From Chloroflexota bacterium (GTDB taxonomy: Bacteria; Chloroflexota; Anaerolineae; Anaerolineales; Anaerolineaceae), in assembly GCA_021848775.1 (NCBI GenBank), contig JAJZTR010000001.1, forward strand, positions 1-44,497: a stretch of DNA of 44,497 nucleotides, given 5' to 3'. Every line of letters starts with the position of its first letter. Positions within the stretch are counted from its first letter, which is position 1. The notes beneath the pieces were generated by a model. The model saw only the letters and a program-made list of their open reading frames with translations, ran no database searches and had not been told where the DNA came from. The position numbers and the translations under genes were made by a program. Below are positions 38,950 to 44,497 of this stretch, piece by piece.

Positions 38950-40548
38950 ATGTTAACTTTTTTGCCAGCCATCCTGCTCCTGATCACTGCCCTGGCGGTC
39001 TTTTTGCTGCGTTATCTGCCGCGCGGAACTGGGTATTCCTGGCTGACAGCTGTGACAATGACCCTTTTGGTTTGGGGCGGGGTATTGGCGCTGCACTGGT
39101 ACACTCCGCCGGTGGTTGATATTTCTTCATGGCAGCCGTATGACCCGGGAACAGCTGACGCAATCCGTTTCAGTTGGAATTCTGTTTCATGGCTTTACAG
39201 CCTGGTCCTGGTCAGTGTCTGTCTGGTGGTGTTAATGACCTCGGGAGCGCGCCTGCAGTTGTTCAGCAACCCGCTCTCCTGGTCGGCAAATCTTGTCATC
39301 ACTGCTGCAGGTCTGGTGGCGGTATTGGCGGATACGTCTTTAGCCATGGTTCTTTCCTGGGTATTGTTGGATGTTATTGACTTAATCCTGGTGCAGCGGT
39401 TATCCCGTTCATGGAAGTATTCCGCTCGCGGTATTACGGTTTTTGTAGTTCGCACCATAAGTATTTTCTTGATGATCACCGCCCTTGTCGTTCAGTGGTT
39501 TATTGGAATACCCCTTGAATTTGAAACTATGTCTCCCCTGGCAAGCCTCTTCGTCTTACTATCGTTGGGGTTGAGGTTGGGTTTGGTGCCATTGAATTTG
39601 CCTTATAAAAGGGATTTCCCATTTCAACGTGAACTGGTATCCAATTTACGTTTGACCGCCCATATTGTGGGGTTGGCAGCCCTGGCGCGGATTCCTCAAC
39701 TAAGCGTCCCTGGTAACTGGCTGCCAACCCTTTACACGGTTACGATAATTGCCTGCCTGTATGGTGCTGCCATGTGGGTGGCCTCACAGGATGAGATTTC
39801 CGGCCGCCCGTACTGGCTGTTGACGCTGTCTGGATTGGCTTTTATCTGCGTTCTCCAGGGAAGAACCGAGCAATCCGCAGCCTGGGGATTGGTGATGGCT
39901 GTTAGCGGGGCAGGATTGTTCTTATTCTCTTCGCGTGCCAGAGGTTTGATCTCCATTCCGATACTTGGAATGGTTGCCCTCAGCGGGCTTCCCTTCACCC
40001 CGGCCTCCATTGGTTGGGACGGACTGGTCGTTGTCCCATTCGGGATCGGCGACGCAATGCTGATCATAACCGTTGCACTGCTGCTGTTCGGTTATGGTAG
40101 ACATGCTTTGAAACCCGGTGATGACTTCTCGGGTTTGGATGGCTGGGTTCGCGTCATTTATCCTGTTGGGTTCATTTTATTGCTGGCATCGGGCTGGGTC
40201 GGGGCAGGATTGGGCCTTTCCGGCGGCTTATCGGCAGGTATCGTCTGGCCCGCAGCTGCAGCATCGATTATTTCAGCGCTATTTTGGGCCGCCAGCTGGA
40301 GGCTGAAAACGGTGGCGGCTTTGCCGCTCTACACGCAGGCAGTCGGCGTAATAAACAGCGGTTGGAACCTGTTGATCCGCTTCTTAAGATTGTCCTGGCT
40401 GTATGAATTTCTTTGGTCCATCTACCAGGGATTAAGGCGTCTGGTGGCATTTCTTACACTGCTTTTTGAAGGAGAAGGCGGCCTTCTATGGTCATTTTTG
40501 CTGCTGGTTCTTATGTTAACAATCATATTTGCCGAAACAGGGCTGTAG
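38950..40548 (+). CDS. Multi-TM protein, divergent MrpD/NuoN antiporter-like
   Basis: About 15 hydrophobic segments; LGLRLGLVPL and ALSGLPFTP resemble the broken-helix motifs of the proton-antiporter fold. Confidence 0.5.
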   Translation: MLTFLPAILLLITALAVFLLRYLPRGTGYSWLTAVTMTLLVWGGVLALHWYTPPVVDISSWQPYDPGTADAIRFSWNSVSWLYSLVLVSVCLVVLMTSGARLQLFSNPLSWSANLVITAAGLVAVLADTSLAMVLSWVLLDVIDLILVQRLSRSWKYSARGITVFVVRTISIFLMITALVVQWFIGIPLEFETMSPLASLFVLLSLGLRLGLVPLNLPYKRDFPFQRELVSNLRLTAHIVGLAALARIPQLSVPGNWLPTLYTVTIIACLYGAAMWVASQDEISGRPYWLLTLSGLAFICVLQGRTEQSAAWGLVMAVSGAGLFLFSSRARGLISIPILGMVALSGLPFTPASIGWDGLVVVPFGIGDAMLIITVALLLFGYGRHALKPGDDFSGLDGWVRVIYPVGFILLLASGWVGAGLGLSGGLSAGIVWPAAAASIISALFWAASWRLKTVAALPLYTQAVGVINSGWNLLIRFLRLSWLYEFLWSIYQGLRRLVAFLTLLFEGEGGLLWSFLLLVLMLTIIFAETGL

Positions 40549-41133
40549 ATGGTTGATCTGATGGATACCATTGCGATTGGGATCGTTGTTTTGACTTCCA
40601 TTTCGCTGGTTTGGACCGAGAAGTGGCGCATCAACGTTGCTGCTATCGCTTTGCAATATCTGGTAGTGTTCTGGTTCGTTTCTCAGAGTTGGCCCATCGG
40701 ATTAGCCTCGATAAAATTGATCGCGGGGTGGGTGGCTGGCGCTGTGCTTGGCGACGCGGTCAGTGCTCTGAACCAGCAGATGGTTGTCAATCGAGTTATT
40801 TCAGCCAGGGTTTTTCGCGCGTTTGCCGCGATTTTTATCATCCTACTGGCGTTTTCAGCCGCGCCGGGAGCCGGGGCGTGGATTCCAGTTTCAACACCGG
40901 CTCTTATCAGCGGCTTGATCCTGATAGGAATGGGGATACTCCAACTGGGCATGACCACCAACCCAATGCGGGTGATCGTGGGACTTTTGACTGCGCTTTC
41001 CGGTTTTGAAATTCTTTATGCTGCCGTTGTTTCCTCGGTGCTGGTGGCCGGCTTGTTAGCGCTGGTTACGCTTGGCCTGTCGTTGACAGGCGCGTACTGG
41101 TTGAGTCTTACCCCTCATGAGGAACAACTATGA
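40549..41133 (+). CDS. Small multi-TM membrane protein (possibly HyfE/NuoK-like)
   Basis: About 6 TM; LILIGMGILQLG...VIVGLLTALSGFEIL carries an intramembrane Glu; abuts both neighbours. Confidence 0.45.
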   Translation: MVDLMDTIAIGIVVLTSISLVWTEKWRINVAAIALQYLVVFWFVSQSWPIGLASIKLIAGWVAGAVLGDAVSALNQQMVVNRVISARVFRAFAAIFIILLAFSAAPGAGAWIPVSTPALISGLILIGMGILQLGMTTNPMRVIVGLLTALSGFEILYAAVVSSVLVAGLLALVTLGLSLTGAYWLSLTPHEEQL

Positions 41134-42524
41134 ATGCGCCAATTCTTTGGATCCTTGTTCCAGGGGTGTGGGCGTTGTTATTATGGCTCCTTCGGCGCTA
41201 CCAGGTTCTTGCCCTGGGTCTGGCCGCAGGGATGTGCTTGATATTGAGTCTGCTGGCTGCGGTTGTGCCGATAGGGGAAACGGTGACACTGGGAAGCCTT
41301 TCTTTCAACCTGTCTTCCACCTTGCCGGTACTCGGGCGTCGGTTTGTGTTGAGTGCCAATGATCATGTTCTCTTGACCCTGCTTTACGGGTTGGCAGCAG
41401 TGTGGTTTGGGTTGGCAGTGTTGGCCTGGCCGCACCGGCTTTTTGCTCCATTCGGACTGGGGATGCTTGTCGCTATGGTAGCTGCTCTGGCGGTGGAACC
41501 ATTTTTATATGCAGCTCTCCTGGTAGAGACGGCAGTTTTATTGAGCATCCCGTTTCTTTCGCCGCCCGGCCGGGTGATCGGACCCGGGTTGCAGCGATAT
41601 CTTATCTTCCAGACACTGGCAATGCCGGCGATTCTATTTGCAGGATGGATCATCAGCGTGGCAGGAGCCACGCCCGCGGACACATCCATGTTCACCAGGG
41701 CTGGAATGCTGCTTGGGTTGGGATTCGCTTTTTGGCTGGCAGTTTTCCCCTTCTATAACTGGCTGCCAATGATGATGACTGAGACGCATCCTTTCCCGGC
41801 CGGTTTTGTTTTGAGCTTGGTGCCAACTGCCATATTACTGCTCAGCTTGGATTTCATAAGTGCTACAGGGTTCTTGCGCGAATCACAGGCAATGTTTGAT
41901 GTATTGCGCATTACCGGGGTGGTGATGGTGGTCACGGCAGGACTCTGGGCGGCCTTCCAGGTTAACTTGGGCCGCTTGTTTGGCTATGCCGTAATATTTG
42001 AAACAGGCTTTGCGCTACTGGCAATCAGCCTGAACAACCTTTCCGGGTGGATGTTGTTTGCTGCGGCGTTCCTCCCCAGGTTACTGGCATTGTTGGTGCT
42101 GGCATTCTCCCTCTCCAGCCTGGGAAATAAAGGACTTCCGCTCACATTCGATGGAGTTCGGGGATTGGCTCACCGTTTTCCTCTGATCTCGCTGGGATTG
42201 TTGATTCCGATTTTATCAATTACCGGTTTTCCACTTATGGCCGGGTTACCTGTCCGCCTGGAAGTCTTCGAGCAGATGGCGCCGATTTCACGGACAGCGT
42301 TAATAGGTGCAGCAATCGGAACAGTCGGATTCCTGTTCAGCGCAATGCATTTGATCGTACAACTGGTGCATGGTGACGACCGCAAGTGGGAGTTTGGAGA
42401 GACCTGGTCGGAACGGATTATTTTGGCCGGCGGGTTGGTGTTCATTTTCCTGTTTGGGATCTTCCCCAATCAGTTCTATAATTCGATCCTGTTTATTCTG
42501 CAGTCATTTCCAGAACTCTTCTAA
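41130..42524 (+). CDS. Proton-conducting-transporter (MrpD/NuoN-like) membrane subunit, divergent
   Basis: LVETAV (TM5 Glu), RYLIFQT, FWLAVFPFYNWLP, NLGRLFGYAVI and SITGFPLMAGLPVR. Confidence 0.7.
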   Translation: MNAPILWILVPGVWALLLWLLRRYQVLALGLAAGMCLILSLLAAVVPIGETVTLGSLSFNLSSTLPVLGRRFVLSANDHVLLTLLYGLAAVWFGLAVLAWPHRLFAPFGLGMLVAMVAALAVEPFLYAALLVETAVLLSIPFLSPPGRVIGPGLQRYLIFQTLAMPAILFAGWIISVAGATPADTSMFTRAGMLLGLGFAFWLAVFPFYNWLPMMMTETHPFPAGFVLSLVPTAILLLSLDFISATGFLRESQAMFDVLRITGVVMVVTAGLWAAFQVNLGRLFGYAVIFETGFALLAISLNNLSGWMLFAAAFLPRLLALLVLAFSLSSLGNKGLPLTFDGVRGLAHRFPLISLGLLIPILSITGFPLMAGLPVRLEVFEQMAPISRTALIGAAIGTVGFLFSAMHLIVQLVHGDDRKWEFGETWSERIILAGGLVFIFLFGIFPNQFYNSILFILQSFPELF

Positions 42525-42621
42525 GTGTAGCAATCATAATTTTACGAGCAAAACCCTATTTTAATTGCGCATAGACATTCAATTTAAAAGGCTTCCCATT
42601 GGCATAACCGCGCTCGGATGA

Positions 42622-42638
42622 GATGGTACAATACCATC
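42622..42638. promoter_or_regulatory. Palindrome overlapping an extended -10 element
   Basis: GATGGTA-caa-TACCATC contains TGGTACAAT (42624-42632), upstream of the coiled-coil/selB unit. Confidence 0.4.
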
Positions 42639-42722
42639 AGATTGAGTTGTGCTTATAATATTAGTATTCTAGCGTGCCACAGACAGCATTTGCATTAATT
42701 ATTCCCCTTATGAGGTTTTCCA

Positions 42723-43901
42723 ATGGAAGTTGATCAAATTAAAAAGCAGTTGGATTGGTTAGACGAAGAACGCCGCAAAGATAAACTTCTCATTACCACT
42801 TTGCAGGACCGGATCGCCGATCTTGAAGAGCAGGTGCCGCCTGTCGACAAGCGGGTGAATGAGTTGGAGGGGGATTTAGCGCGTGTCACAACATCCCTGA
42901 CGCGGTTCGAGCAAATCGAAAACAGCATTGGTCAACTCAAAGTGGAATTTTCGCGTCAGATTGCTGATATCGAAAAGGTGCGCGCTGAAAAAGAACGTGA
43001 AATCGAGAAGGGTCGCCTGTCGGATATGGAATCGCTCAACCGGACGATGGGCGAAATCCGCAAAGGGCAGGAAAGTATTCCCGACCTCAAAAAAGGGCTG
43101 CAAGCGCGCATTGAAGGCGAAAACAGGCTTGGCACTGAAATCGAAGAGGTTGCAACCCGCTTAAGCGCCGTTCGCAGGTCAGACGAGGAATACCGGCGGC
43201 AGATAAAACTCATTGACGAAGGTCAACGGCAGGATGCCAAACGTCTTACCGACCTGCAGGGAGAGGTCAGCGCAATTCGGAAACGTCTCGAAGAGCAACG
43301 CGGAAAAACCGACCTGAACAGTGATGCCATGCGGAAACTCGAGCTGCGCATTAGCGAACTTTTGGCTGGTGAGACCGAAAGAAGGCAGACCCAGGTTGCT
43401 TTCATGGAGAAACAAAATATTGCTGTGATGGATCGCGACCGAGTTTGGCGTGAATGGCAGGCACGCTTCGAACAAGTCGAAAGCCAATCCCAAAGCCTGG
43501 ACTCCCAAATCCAATCCCTGGAAGCCACGCACCGCGCGGTTAAACGCTCACAGGAAAAATTGGATGAAGTCACAGCCCGTTTTGAGCGGCGAATCAACGA
43601 AATTACCGAGATGCAGCGGCTGGTTGAAGATCGATTCCGCCAGGAGTGGGTATCGTTTAAAGCAGATGACCAAAAACGCTGGACGAATTACACGCTGGCT
43701 CAGGAAGAGCAGAACCGCGAGTTGAGCCGGCTGATGGGCAAGCTTGAGGAACGCCTGGTGTTATTGGAAGATCAAATGCAGGAAATCCAGGATTTGACCC
43801 ACCAGATGGCTGAAGAAACCCAAAAGCGGCTGAATGGGATGCTTAGCATGGCCCGTGAGTGGGCAGAAAAACACGACCAAACGGTTACTCGCAATCCCTA
43901 A
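42723..43901 (+). CDS. Long soluble coiled-coil protein
   Basis: 392 aa, E/R/Q/L-rich heptads throughout, almost no Pro, no TM segment or catalytic motif. Confidence 0.75.
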   Translation: MEVDQIKKQLDWLDEERRKDKLLITTLQDRIADLEEQVPPVDKRVNELEGDLARVTTSLTRFEQIENSIGQLKVEFSRQIADIEKVRAEKEREIEKGRLSDMESLNRTMGEIRKGQESIPDLKKGLQARIEGENRLGTEIEEVATRLSAVRRSDEEYRRQIKLIDEGQRQDAKRLTDLQGEVSAIRKRLEEQRGKTDLNSDAMRKLELRISELLAGETERRQTQVAFMEKQNIAVMDRDRVWREWQARFEQVESQSQSLDSQIQSLEATHRAVKRSQEKLDEVTARFERRINEITEMQRLVEDRFRQEWVSFKADDQKRWTNYTLAQEEQNRELSRLMGKLEERLVLLEDQMQEIQDLTHQMAEETQKRLNGMLSMAREWAEKHDQTVTRNP

Positions 43902-43913
43902 AAGGATTATTGT

Positions 43914-44497
43914 ATGCATGTTATCGGTACTGCCGGGCATGTCGATCATGGTAAATCCACGTTGATCGCCGCCCTGACGGGTGTCCATCCCGATCGGTTG
44001 CGCGAGGAACGCGAGCGGGAAATGACCATCGATCTCGGGTTTGGCTGGCTACCTTTGCCGAACGGGGAAACTGTGGGCATAATCGATGTGCCAGGTCACA
44101 GGGATTTTATCGAGAACATGCTGGCGGGTGTGGGTGGAATCGATGCTGCGTTGTTTGTGGTGGCTGCCGATGAAGGAGTGATGCCGCAAACGCGCGAGCA
44201 TCTGGCAATCCTTGACTTGCTGCAAATCCAACGCGGGATTGTGGTCTTGACCAAGATCGACATGGCGCCTGATGATGATTGGCTGGACCTGGTCGAAGCG
44301 GATGTTCGCGATACCCTGGTTGGAACGGTTTTACAGGATGCCTCATTGGTAAGGGTTTCTGCCCGGGCAGGCACGGGGTTGGAAGAATTGAAACTCGCCC
44401 TGGCCTCGCTACTTGAGGAAACACCCACCCGTCCCGACCTTGGCAAACCGCGTTTGCCGGTGGATCGTGTATTCACCATGTCAGGATTCGGTACGAG
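43914..44497 (+). CDS. selB: Selenocysteine-specific elongation factor (5' part; runs off the window end)
   Basis: Translated by hand: [43 protein letters not shown]...[15 protein letters not shown]...[14 protein letters not shown]...LTKID...[15 protein letters not shown]. Not in the ORF track because there is no stop in the window. Confidence 0.95.
   Translation, partial: MHVIGTAGHVDHGKSTLIAALTGVHPDRLREEREREMTIDLGFGWLPLPNGETVGIIDVPGHRDFIENMLAGVGGIDAALFVVAADEGVMPQTREHLAILDLLQIQRGIVVLTKIDMAPDDDWLDLVEADVRDTLVGTVLQDASLVRVSARAGTGLEELKLALASLLEETPTRPDLGKPRLPVDRVFTMSGFGT

Overview
This is a gene-dense bacterial chromosomal window with about 37 CDS. I found no rRNA, tRNA, CRISPR array or mobile element. 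The gene content (Pro/Thr-linker membrane proteins, double-HTH RodZ, a Gram-positive-type GAAC-N4-GTTC box) suggests an anaerobic Chloroflexota (Anaerolineae-like) genome; this is inference. The left part (1-18.7 kb) is mostly housekeeping: rsmI, a ZIP transporter, murJ, rimO, rodZ, rplI, a CPA2 antiporter with a PII-like protein, methylmalonyl-CoA mutase and epimerase, an MFS transporter, uvrA and ugd. The main candidate system is at 18.9-38.9 kb, a purine-catabolic locus. It contains folD, an 8-oxoguanine-deaminase-like amidohydrolase, adenine deaminase, a GntR/HutC regulator, two tandem atypical carbamoyltransferases, carbamate kinase, a BMP-family ABC importer, two non-canonical fold-II PLP enzymes and a hydantoinase. 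One carbamoyltransferase is ATCase-like with a remodelled aspartate site; the other is a compact YgeW-like enzyme. The locus looks like a variant of the anaerobic ygeW/hyuA/ssnA urate pathway with no ygeY or dpaL in the window, so both ureido groups may be harvested as carbamoyl-phosphate and converted to ATP (hypothesis). A 15/17-identical palindromic operator precedes both folD and the deaminase operon. The right end carries a coupled trio of degenerate Mrp/Nuo-antiporter-like membrane proteins with no redox module, a long coiled-coil protein, and the 5' part of selB, which the ORF track missed. All calls come from motif recognition by eye; no database searches were run.
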